From positions 26,458,591-26,522,590 of the forward strand of contig NC_057749.1 in assembly GCF_004010195.1 (NCBI RefSeq): a DNA stretch of 64,000 nt. The letters run 5' to 3'. Within the stretch, counting starts at the first letter, position 1, and every line of letters starts with the position of its first letter. Position numbers and translations under genes: made by a program. The notes under the pieces are model-generated. The model saw only the letters and a program-made list of their open reading frames with translations, was not told the origin of the DNA and ran no database searches. Positions 12,500-23,234 of this stretch are shown piece after piece. The stretch is from Chiloscyllium plagiosum. Its lineage: Eukaryota.

Positions 12500-13910
12500 T
12501 ATTATGTTATCTATCTGGACTTCCAAAAGGCCTGTGATAAAGATGCCTCACGGGAGGCTGCTGTGTAAGGTGAGGGCCCATGGTGTTCGAGGTGAGCTAG
12601 GATTGGGGATTGTCTGTCTGACAGAAGGCAGAGTTGGGATTAGAGGTTCTTTTTTGGAATGGCAACTGGTGACAAGTGGGGTCCCACAGGGTTCAGTGTT
12701 GGGGCTGCAGCTGTTCACTTTATATATTAATGATCTGGATGAAGGAACTGGGGGCATTCTGGCGAAGTTTGCCAATGATACTAAGTTAGGTGGACAGGCA
12801 GGTAGTACTGAGGAGGTGGGGAGGCAGCAGAAAGATTTAAGGAGAAAGTGAGGTCTGCAGATGCTGGAGATCAGAGCTGAAAATGTGTTGCTGGAAAAGC
12901 GCAGCAGGTCAGGCAGCATCCAAGGAGCAGGAGAATCGATGTTTCGGGCATAAGCTCCTGAAGAAGGGCTTATGCCCAAAACGTCGATTCTCCTGTTCCC
13001 TGGATGCTGCCTGACCTGCTGCGCTTTTCCAGCAACACATTTTCAGCAGAAAGATTTAGACAGTTTAGGAGAGTGGTCCAGGAACTGGGTGATGAAATTT
13101 AACATGAGCAAGTGTGAGGTCTGGCACTTTGAAAAAAAAAATACAGGCATGGTCTATTTTCTAAACGGTGAGATAATTCATAAAGCCAAAGTACAAAGGG
13201 ATCTGGGAGTGCTAGTCCATGATTCTCTTAAAGTTGAATTGTAGGTTGAGTCTGTGATTAAGAAAGCAAATGTAATGCTGTCATTTATCTTAAGAGGGTT
13301 GGAATATAAAATCAGCGATCTGTTACTGAGACTTTATAAAGCTCTAGGTAGGCCTCATTTAGAATATACTCTGTCCAATTTTGGGCCCCACACCTCAGGA
13401 AGGACATACTGGTACTGGAACATGTCCAGCCAAGATTCACACGGATGATCCCTGGAATGGTAGGCCTAACATATGATGATTAGCTGAGGATCCTGGGATT
13501 GTATTCATTAGAGTTTAGAAGGTTGAGGGGAAATCTAAAAGAAACTTACAAGATAATGCATGGCTTGGAAAGGGTGGATGCTAGGAAGCTGTTTCCGTCA
13601 GGCGGGGAGACTAGGACCCATGGGCACAGCCTTAAAATTAGGGGGAGTCAATTTAAAATGGAAATGAGGAGATGTTTCTTCAGCCAGAGAGTGGTGGGCC
13701 TGTGGAATTCATTGCCATGGAGCACAGTGGAGGCTGGGACATTGGGTGTCTTCAAGGCAGAGATTGATAAATTCTTGATCTCGCAAGGATTTAAGGGATA
13801 CTGGGAGAGTGTGGTTAAGTGGAATTGAAACACTTATCAACCATGATTAAATGGCAGAGTGGACTCGATGGTCCAAATGGCCTTGCTTCCACTCCTCTGT
13901 CTTATGGTCT
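12500..13910 (+). mobile_element. CR1 LINE inserted in the 3' UTR of the Gmr1-like element
   Basis: RT C-terminal ORF fragments (PQGSVLG, FANDTK, RPHLEY, RRLRGNL). Possible TSD ACTATA. Confidence 0.85.
12840..13045. mobile_element. Fold-back (hairpin) Penelope-end element with a hammerhead-like motif, nested in CR1
   Basis: Inverted arms at about 12876-12954 and 12968-13047. Flanking duplication CAGCAGAAAGATTTA. Central CTGAAGAAGGGCTTATGCCCaAAACGTC, with the GAAA box mutated. Confidence 0.75.
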
Positions 13911-16900
13911 AACTATAAACATGCAAACATGCACAACCACGTGCAAATTCAGGCCGCGGTACACCCACCACCAAATGCCTCCGTAGCTCATTCAAGTTTC
14001 GATAACGCATCAGCAATCACATTTTTGCCACCTGCCACCTGCACAATTGTCAAAGTGAACGGCTGCAACAACAAGCTCCATCCAAACAGTCTGGCATTTT
14101 TATCCTTAAATTTTTCCACAAACATCAATGGGTTGTGACCGGTGTATATGATTGCCTTGGATGCATTGCTAGTAATGTAAACACTGAAATGTTGTAATGC
14201 CAACACCAAGCTTAAAGTCTCTTTCTCCACCATTGAATATTTCTGTTGATGAACATTCAACTTCCTGGAAAAAATATCCGAAGGGTCTTTCTATCCCCTT
14301 GTCACCCTCCTGCAGGAGCACCACGCTGACACCCACATCACTGGCATCGATAGCCACTTTAAAAGGCTTCGTGCAATCCAGTGTGGCTAATACTGGGGCA
14401 GTAGTTAACACAGTTTTTAGGCTGTCAAATGTCTTTTGACAGTCCTCTGAAACTTCTTGCCATTTATTACCAATTCAGCGAGTTGTTAATTGCTGAAGTT
14501 CAGAACAAACTTTTGGTAAAATCCACTCAACCCCAGGTTTTATCGACGGTGTGGGAAATTCCCCAATTACTTTCATTTTCGCATCTCGTGAGGCCATTTG
14601 TCCATGTCCAATAACATGGCCCTGAAAGGTGACTTGGCTTTGGCAAATTCACGTTTAGCCAGGTTTACCACCAAGCCTGCCTTCTGAAGTCACTCAAACA
14701 AGTCCGATAAATGTTGTAGATGTTCCTACCATGAGGGACTAAAAATCACCAGGTCATCAATATACACCACACAGTCGGGTAATCCGGCAATGATCTTATT
14801 AGTCAGTCTCTGAAATGTGGCTGGAGCGTTTTTCATACCAAATGGCATGACTTGGAACTGATACAGTCCACTTGCTGTTATGAAAGCTGAAATTGCCTTT
14901 GCTCTCTCTGACAGAGGTCCTTGCCAGTAGCCTCTGAGCAAGTCCGACTTAGAAATGTAAGTTGCTTGTCCCACTTTTTCGACACAGTCCTCCAGCGATG
15001 GAATTGGATATGCATCAGTCTTTGTAACGGCATTGACTTTGCAATAGTCCACACATAACCACTGGGTACCATCTAGCTTTGGCCCCATGACTATGGGTGA
15101 GCTCCAGTCACTGTGGCTCACTTCGATTATACCATCTTGGAGCATGCACTCTATCTCCTTCTGAACCTGTGCCAATTTTAGAGGGTTATGCCTATAAGGA
15201 TCAGAACAGCATCTCCTATATCTACATCATGCACAATTAGTTTAATACCTCCCAGTTTATTTCCGCATATCTCCCCATGCGATAGTAATAAGTCTTTCAG
15301 GTCATTTCGATTTTCGTGTGGAAGGTAACTCAATAATGCTTTCCAATTTTTGACAACTGCCTCATTGTCCAATTTGTTTTGAGGAATGTCCAATTCAAAA
15401 ACTTCTGAACCTGGTTCTTCCTTCTGTGATGTAATCATTAACACCTTCTCCTCTTGCTTTCCTTCCCTGTCAAAATACCTTTTGAGCATATTCCCATGAC
15501 ACACTCAGATTTCTTCCTGCCTGGAATCCTTATCAAGTCATTCACCTCACTCAATTTCTTCTCAATTTGACAAAGTCCACTAAACCTCGCTTTTCAAGAC
15601 TCACCTGTTACTGGGAGTAACACCAATACCTTATCCCCAATTGCAAAATTGTGAATTTGTGATTTCTTATCCACTTCCTGTTTCATTGAATGCTGTGGTA
15701 TTTTTAAATGCTGTCTAGCCAACTCTCTAGCTCTATTTAATCGATGTCTAAAATTTGACACATAGTCCAAATGGGTGGTCACTGAATTCTGACTTATTAA
15801 TTTCTACTTAATCAATTTTAACAGTCCTCTTACTTCATGCCCAAAAATTAATTCAAATGGACTGAATTTGGTCAATTCATTCAGTGCATCTCTGATCACA
15901 AAAAGTACAACCAGAACTCTCTTATCCCAATCATCTGGATAATCCTGACCATAAACCCTCAACATGGTCTTTAGTGTTTGATGCCAGCTCTCTAGCGCTC
16001 TTTGTGATTCCAGATAGTACGCAGTAGATTTGAATTGCTTTATTCCCAAGTTATCCATAATCTTCTTGAATAGTTTGGATGTGAAATCTGATCCTTGATC
16101 TGACTGGATCTCTATTGATGGGCCGTATCTAGTAAAAAAAAATGAAATAGTTCTTCTATAGCCCTTTCAGCTGTGATGTTGCATAATGCGATTGCATTTG
16201 GAAATCTAGTCAACACATCCATTATTGTTAATAAATACTTACTCCCACTTTTTGTTTGAGGTAGGGGATCTCCTAAGCAATCAATCAAGACTCTTGTGAA
16301 AGGTTCCTCAAACGATGGAATAGGTATTAAAGGTGCAGTTTTATTACTGCCTGTGATTTTCCAATTAGCTGATATGGATGACACATCTGGCAAAATTTAA
16401 TTACACCTTTATGTAGTCTAGGCCAGTAAAAATGTTTGTATTTTAGCCTGTGTTTTCCTCACCCCTAAATGACCTCCAAGTAGTAGTTCATGTGCCACTC
16501 GCAACACCTTCTTTCTGTACCCGACTGATAAAACAATATGATGAATCTCTGTCCATTTCTCATTTGCTTGAATGTGTGATGGTCTCCATTTCCTCATTAA
16601 GACCTCATTTAAGTAAAAACACAGGAATGCAGTCACTTTCTTCCTCAGTAAATGCCTTTTGATATAACTCTTAATTCCTCATCTTTCTGCTGTAATTCAA
16701 TCAGCCTAGCAGATGTAAAGATACTGGCATGTTTACCTGTTTGTTACTTCACTGTTCCACTTATCTGATCATCAAAAGTCTCGGATAACACTATGTCAGC
16801 TTCCTAATCTGTGCCTTTTAACCTCTCCTGCTTCAATTTGTGCCTCTGTGATCTTGTGATCACACAATCAGGGAAAATTCCTGGATAAACATGCTTCAGG

Positions 16901-17262
16901 TCTTCAGTTGCCTGTGTCTCCACTGGCTTTTCAGCTAGAGTAGGCAGCACGCCGACTGGTGAATCATATATCATTTGCAAGGACAAATTGTATTCCTGGA
17001 GCTGAGAATTTGTCCAGTACTCCTACCACAAATTCTCCACTCTTCTCTGGACTCTCTAGTCTCACTTTACATAACTGAGCACTTTTTGTCTCACCATGAA
17101 TTCTTGTTATCAGTACATTCTCTGGCAATAGTCTCTCAGGAGTGCGTATCTCCTCAGCCCTTAGCATCACAGACTGAGAGGATCCTGTGTCCCTTAATAT
17201 TATAACCTCCTTATCTATTATTCCTGGCATATGTGAATAAACTTTACCCTTGCATGTATATG

Positions 17263-17577
17263 ATTAGATTAGTTTAGATCCCTTACAATGTGTAAACAGG
17301 CCCTTCAGCCCAACAAGTCCACACGGACCCTCCAAACAGCAACCCACCCAGACCCATTCCCCTACATTTACCTTTGACTAATGCACCTAACACTACGGGC
17401 AATTTAGCATGGCCAATTCATCTAATCTGCACATCTTTGGACTGTGGGAGGAAACCCACGCAGACACGGGGAGAATGTGCAAACTCGACACAGACAGTTG
17501 CCCGAGGCGGGAATTGAATCTGGATCCTTGGTGCTCTGATGCAGCAGTGCTAACCACTGAGCCACCGTGCCGCCCCC
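17263..17577 (-). mobile_element. HE1-like SINE inserted between gag and protease of the Gmr1-like element
   Basis: SINE head and tail motifs interrupt the retrotransposon internal region. Confidence 0.8.
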
Positions 17578-19008
17578 ATATTTTTTAAGCAGATCTAGCA
17601 CTTCCTCCTTAATCAATATCTGATCATTGTACACTCTGAGGCAGTTGTCTAACTTCCCTTGTGCTTTTTGTTACTAGTCCAACAAAACTTCCAGGCTTTT
17701 CTGGTTTTCCTACATCTGGCTTTCTCCTAGCCCACCAACACTATGATTTTGTGTGGCCCAGTTTATTACAATGAAAACACTGGAGCTTTTTGACTTCTTT
17801 GTCCTCCTCAAGGGTTTCTTTTTTACCCTGTGGTAAGAAATCCACATGAGGATTTCTCTTTGCCCCAACTTCTATCCCTCAGGGATTGAAATTGATTCTG
17901 GAAGCCAAACCGTGTTTTATTGACCAGCTCATAGCCATCAGCCCCTTCAGCTGATAACCTTGCTGTTTTAACTCTCTGCTCTTCCATATGAGTTTGCACT
18001 ACTTCAGGCAGTGAATTTTTGAATTCCTCCAAAATACTAACCTCTCTAAGGGCATCATAAAGTTTGCTTGATTTTTAAAGCTCTTATCCATCTATCAAAA
18101 TTACTCTATTTGATCCTTTCAAACTAAAGATAGGTTTGACCAGGGTCCTTCCTTAGGTTCCTGAAACGTTGTCTCTCGGCTGCTGGCACAGGCTCATTTG
18201 CACTTAAAATGGCTTTTTCACCTCCTCATACTCCTGAGATATCTCCTCTGAGAGGGACGCAAATACTTCACTAGCTCTATCTACAAGTTTCATTTGGATC
18301 AACAAAACCCACATTGCCACTGGCCACTGCATTTGTTTAGCCATCTTTTCAAATGAGATGAGAAAGGCTTCCAAATCCTTATCAAATTTAGGAAATGCTT
18401 GAACATACATAAGCAGTTTCTCACTAGCCTCCTGACTAACAGGGCTTGCTCATCCTCACTAAACCTACCCTCAGCCTTTATCGCTGACTTTCCTTTTTAA
18501 GTGTCAGTTTTTGAAGTTCAAAGCTCTCTCTTTTTTTCTTTCTCTGCTCTCTCCTGCTGCTTTCTCTTTTTCTCTCTGTTCTGCTGCTCTTGGTTTTTCC
18601 TTCTCTTCTGCTTTTCATCGTAAGTCAAACTGTTTCATTTCTGCTGCCCTTTCCTTATCTCTCGCCTCCAAATCAAGCTGCTTCATTTACAATTGAATCC
18701 TTGCCATCTCTATAGATTCTGATGGTTTCTCCAGCGAGTTTAAATGCTGAGCTACTGCTGTAATTATCTCTCCTTTCCTCACATAAGCAGGCAGTTCCAA
18801 TTCCAGTTTCTCTGCTAATTCTTGTAACTTGGTCTTATTCACTTTTTGCAAAACTGCCAAAGTCACCGCATCCACATCCAGAAAACTTTTGGCGACTGCA
18901 AGAGCCATTCTTATCCCAAGCTTTGTCTACCCAACCAAACCAGCACCCAAAATAAAGGCACTCACACCTATCACTCACTGTTCAAAATCCCACAAAGAGT
19001 CCCCAGTC

Positions 19009-19638
19009 TGTTATAGACTAGGCCAGACCACTCAAAACATTCTTAAGCAGATAGCCCTCGACCTAGCTTTGCAATTTGTTTTGGTAAGTGTACAGTGAAA
19101 ATTACCCGGAGTAAGATAGCTAAGTTGACTACTAGATTTTAAAAACAGACAAAAAAATTTATTCACACAATGAAACAAAGAATAAAGAACCCCTACAGAA
19201 CTCAGCAAATCCAACTAGACTTAATTATGCTGTTCCAAACACACACAACAGTCCCCATAAGCAAACTCCCTTTAAAACCCAGTGTACATGGAACACACGC
19301 TGACAGGTTGAAGTTGAAGGGCAGAAAAGAGGGAGAGTTTCCACACAGCTCCCTGTTGAACTTCCCACTTCAGGACTGACCTAAACTGCTCAGCTCAGCT
19401 TGAGAACTGACCACTCCTCTCTCTTTATACAGGTCACTTCTAAAACATGACCACTTTGGCCTGAAGCGTCATCTGTTTCCATATAAACAAAAGATCTCTC
19501 AAAATCCTTTTCATCTCTGTACCAAACCAGACTGATCACAATCTGTCCCGGTTTATTGTTCCTCCGAAAAAGAATCAAGGACAGAGTATCCTTGAGCCAA
19601 GGTACAGCTTTTAGAAAAATAGGACTTGCTTTGTGACA
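19009..19638 (-). repeat. 5' LTR of the Gmr1-like element
   Basis: Aligns with 11773-12399; followed on the minus strand by a PBS-like sequence and gag. Confidence 0.9.
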
Positions 19639-19991
19639 GTATCTTCAATGTTTGATGGAGATGCAGAACTGGAACAGTCAGAAAGGAAGTCAAGGAGCCG
19701 GGCATATTTTGCTCCTGCACCATTTTTAATTTGGCAGCTTTCCTATGGTCTACCTGCTTGTTCAGGACCATTACACCTACCCGAACTTTATATGTCACTG
19801 GATCTGACAAACTTCAGGCCCTCTCTCACTTAGCAGTGTCTTCTGTCCAGCATTGACATTCTTGATGCCATCGCACCTGCTCTCACAAATTAATTTTTTA
19901 AGAAAACTTCAAAGCCCAACTAGTGCAACTATTCAAGCAAATAAAGATTATAGTATTTGGGGTATTTTAGGAAGCTGATTAATGCTGCTGG

Positions 19992-20491
19992 NNNNNNNNN
20001 NNNNNNNNNNNNNNNNNNNNNNNNNNNNNNNNNNNNNNNNNNNNNNNNNNNNNNNNNNNNNNNNNNNNNNNNNNNNNNNNNNNNNNNNNNNNNNNNNNNN
20101 NNNNNNNNNNNNNNNNNNNNNNNNNNNNNNNNNNNNNNNNNNNNNNNNNNNNNNNNNNNNNNNNNNNNNNNNNNNNNNNNNNNNNNNNNNNNNNNNNNNN
20201 NNNNNNNNNNNNNNNNNNNNNNNNNNNNNNNNNNNNNNNNNNNNNNNNNNNNNNNNNNNNNNNNNNNNNNNNNNNNNNNNNNNNNNNNNNNNNNNNNNNN
20301 NNNNNNNNNNNNNNNNNNNNNNNNNNNNNNNNNNNNNNNNNNNNNNNNNNNNNNNNNNNNNNNNNNNNNNNNNNNNNNNNNNNNNNNNNNNNNNNNNNNN
20401 NNNNNNNNNNNNNNNNNNNNNNNNNNNNNNNNNNNNNNNNNNNNNNNNNNNNNNNNNNNNNNNNNNNNNNNNNNNNNNNNNNNNNNNNNNN
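19992..20491. other. Assembly gap (N run)
   Basis: Run of N. Confidence 1.
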
Positions 20492-20689
20492 ACTATGGGC
20501 AATTTAGCACAGCCAATTCACCTGCACATCTTTGGACTGTGAGAGGAAACTGATGCACCCGGAGGAATCCCACATAGACACAGGGAGAATGTGCAAACTC
20601 CACACAGACAGTTGCTCAAGGCTGGAATCGAACCCAAGTCCCTGACACTGTGAGACAGCAGTGCTAACCACTGAGCCACTGTGCCACCC
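20492..20689 (-). mobile_element. HE1-like SINE (partial, abuts gap)
   Basis: SINE head and body motifs. Confidence 0.8.
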
Positions 20690-22166
20690 AGTGTCCTGGG
20701 ATATATCAAGCTGCTTTTGGCAATGTCTCTGCCTGAAGCCTTTGGATGTAAGTTTTGGCCAATGCCCCTCGTTGTCCTGAATGCTGCATTTTTACAGGCC
20801 TGAAATGATAGTTGCAATTGAATTCTATCCCATTGGTTCTTCCTCAGTTGCAAGGTGACCAGACCAATTACTCCATTGTGCTGTCGATTTCAGAAGATCT
20901 GTGAAGACTGCCATATGATGCATCCAAGCATCAGTCTGTCTGATTTTTACCAGTCATGCCTGCTCAATAATTGTCCGAGGTAAGTTCAACACCGACCACT
21001 GTCCACAACACACCAAAGACTCCGCCCTCCCCCCCGGTTCAGTATCTCTTTCAGTGTGTTGCAATTCCTATCGGCCCTAGGACCAACAAAACTCCCCATA
21101 TCCCTGTTCCTCACACGTTCTCTTTCAGCTGATCCCTCAATGTTACAACTGATTGCCTCATTTTCCCCACTGAATCCATAACTATGAAAGGCTCCTCACG
21201 CCCTTGCTTAGACTCGCAATCCATTCTTGATTGAGGTGACTCGCAGCATCACATCTCTTAAGAATTGGTCCAGACCTGCCAAATTCCACCCTGACCAGAT
21301 CCTATTCCCCAAACCATTACTGTGACTGTATCCTCAGAAAGCAAATACTTCCAAACATAGTCATACCAGAGCTTCTTGCAGCAATGGATAGATCATCCAT
21401 CAACTTTCCCTTTATACCCATGGTCTCATACTCCCCAGGACAGAGGACACAACAGGACAGAAACTGCTGAGGTCATTTCCACCACCTTCTCCCAAGAGAG
21501 ACACTGTTCCACCTTGAGCAGTCAATGACCAGACAACCACCCAACTCCTGATAATCCCTGCACTCACTCCCCCTTGAAACACTGGGCCCTTCAGCTACAG
21601 CTTGCCTCTTCTCCTTAGCCACTTGGGCTTTAACATGGTCCATGGGCACAGCTGCCTTCCATTCTTTGATGCTTCAACTACACATAGTGAGCTTGCACTG
21701 CAATCAATACAAGGATTATAGAACCATAGAATGATTTAAAGGTGTACAATTACATGGACAAAGTAGCAAGCACTTACCCCAAAGTTCAAGAAGCACTGTC
21801 TTCCATTGGATTGGTCCATGCTTTTAGGATTTGAGGACTGACGTATTTTGCATTTGCTTTCAGAGAGACGACTGACCAGGAGACTGGCCTGCTCTTACTG
21901 TTGCCATTGGGTGTATTGGAAGGATTTTGACGCTGACAATCGACCTGTTTGGCCATGTCACAAAAGCACCTTCCACAGCTTGGGACTCAAACCCAAAACC
22001 TCTGGCCCAGACGTAGGGATACTACCTACTGAGCCACAAGACCTTGCTCCATGAAGTATTCATATAAAACTTAGCTGAAATGTTATGGGCAAAAATACAG
22101 TTCCTCTCCATCAGTTCAGTTAATTTGTATCAAATGAAACATTGCTGCACCAGCAAATGCAGTTGT

Positions 22167-22172
22167 TTTATT
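22167..22172 (-). terminator. Candidate GYS1 polyadenylation signal AATAAA (an ATTAAA variant also occurs at 22271-22276)
   Basis: Hexamer about 165 nt downstream of the stop codon on the minus strand. Confidence 0.45.
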
Positions 22173-22334
22173 GAAAATTTCTATCCTTTTGCCCCCGTTT
22201 GGGTTGGACTTGAGTTACACTCACATAGATGAGAGTTGAAGGATTGAACAAATTGTGTCCACGGTACCATTTTAATGAGTCAGTTTTCTGGCTCTAGAGG
22301 AATTACTGGCTGTGTACTCCTATCTCTGGGATTA

Positions 22335-22949
22335 CTAGGTATTACTAGGATTCGTATCCCTGCTGGGATTACTCAGTTTATGTGGCCAGTTTGAACTATT
22401 GGGATTGGTTGGCCTGTTGGGATCTGTTGGCTTGCTGGGATCATGAGAGGTACTGGGATTGGTTAACTTGCTGGGATCAGTTGGCTTTCTGGGATCATGT
22501 GAGACACTGGGATTGGTGGGCATTTTGGAATCACTAGAATTGGTCATCCAGTTGGCATCACTGGGATCTGTTGGCTTTCTGGGATCATGTGAGACACTGG
22601 GATTGGTGAGAATTTTGGAATCACTAGAATTGGTCATCCAGTTGGCATCACTGGGATCAGTTGGCTTGCTGGGACTTGTAGTTGCTACAGAACTAGAGAA
22701 TTCACTTGGCCTAGAAGATGAACTAGTATTACCGATACTGGATTTTCTAAATGTAAAAGATTCTTCCTGATTTTTGTTATGCTCGTGAATTAAGTTCAAC
22801 ATTGAGTCCAGCTTGATATTTTTACGATCTATCTCAACCTCCTTTTCCTCATCGTATGGTTCAATTTCACTGTCACTGTAACGAGGAGTGGACGCAGAGG
22901 AGAAGGATGGAGAAGGTGTGGATGATGTCGGCTGTGGATAGTGCAAACT
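22335..22949 (-). CDS. GYS1: GYS1 last coding exon: regulatory phospho-tail plus repeat extension (204 aa + stop)
   Basis: Acceptor ttcttcattatttcAG, phase 0, matching exon 35393-35473. YPQPTSSTPSPSFSSASTPRYSDSE aligns with the GSK3/CK2 site 3a-5 ladder. YDEEKE..DRKNIK and RKSS (site 1a-like) are present. Confidence 0.88.
   Translation of the reverse strand, partial: SLHYPQPTSSTPSPSFSSASTPRYSDSEIEPYDEEKEVEIDRKNIKLDSMLNLIHEHNKNQEESFTFRKSSIGNTSSSSRPSEFSSSVATTSPSKPTDPSDANWMTNSSDSKILTNPSVSHDPRKPTDPSDANWMTNSSDSKMPTNPSVSHDPRKPTDPSKLTNPSTSHDPSKPTDPNRPTNPNSSNWPHKLSNPSRDTNPSNT
22471..22674. repeat. Coding 90-bp tandem repeat (2 full copies plus a partial third)
   Basis: 22471-22560 and 22561-22650 differ at 3 positions. 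The unit encodes KPTDPSDANWMTNSSDSKxxTNPSVSHDPR. Confidence 0.95.
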
Positions 22950-23234
22950 CTGAAATAATGAAGAACAAAGATTATTGATCACACTAAGTAAATTAAAATG
23001 GTTCAAGAGGATCACTTATAAATATCAAGATACTTTTACAAGTGCGAAGAAAATGATGTTCATGTATTTTTCACATTGAAGATCAACTAAAGGTCTTTTA
23101 ATATTTTTAAAATTTCAACCAGTTTAATCCACTTCCACTGCTTGGCCAGCTCTCTAAATTAACCCACTTCAATATTAATGCAGTTAAAAAATGATCAGGT
23201 ATTATGTTTGTTTTATGGGTGTACAGCAAAAAAT

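Larger units (their letters stand above)
11773..19638 (-). mobile_element. Full-length, decayed Gmr1-like Ty3/Gypsy LTR retrotransposon (gag-PR-INT-RT-RNaseH)
   Basis: LTRs at 19009-19638 and 11773-12399 (TG...CA) with a 4-bp TSD GTAT at 11769-11772 and 19639-19642. Degenerate tRNA-Pro-like PBS TGGGGACTC near 19000; PPT at 12400-12421. gag about 18908-17730 including a CCHC-like knuckle; PR ILRDTGS about 17200; INT (AHE..GGHLGVRKT; core) about 16640-15500; RT about 15175-14500 (MPFGMKNAPATFQR, YIDD); RNase H about 14411-13988. Confidence 0.92.
11300..19900 (-). mobile_element. Remnant of an older Gypsy-like LTR element, split by the Gmr1-like insertion (pieces about 11300-11772 and 19639-19900)
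   Basis: ORF 19553-19810 (DPVTYKVRVGVMVLNKQVDH) resembles Gypsy integrase C-terminal GPxxYxV..HVD regions. A purine tract AGGGGGAGGGAAG on the minus strand near 11536-11548 lies next to an LTR-like segment. Confidence 0.45.

Noticed and set aside
20700..21720. Decayed sequence with a hint of retroelement coding remnants
   Set aside because: No motif could be read with confidence, so it is left unclassified pending a Dfam or tBLASTn search.
22459..22770. Plus-strand hydrophobic repeat ORF (LGSVGFLGS...)
   Set aside because: It is the antisense shadow of the GYS1 tail repeat.
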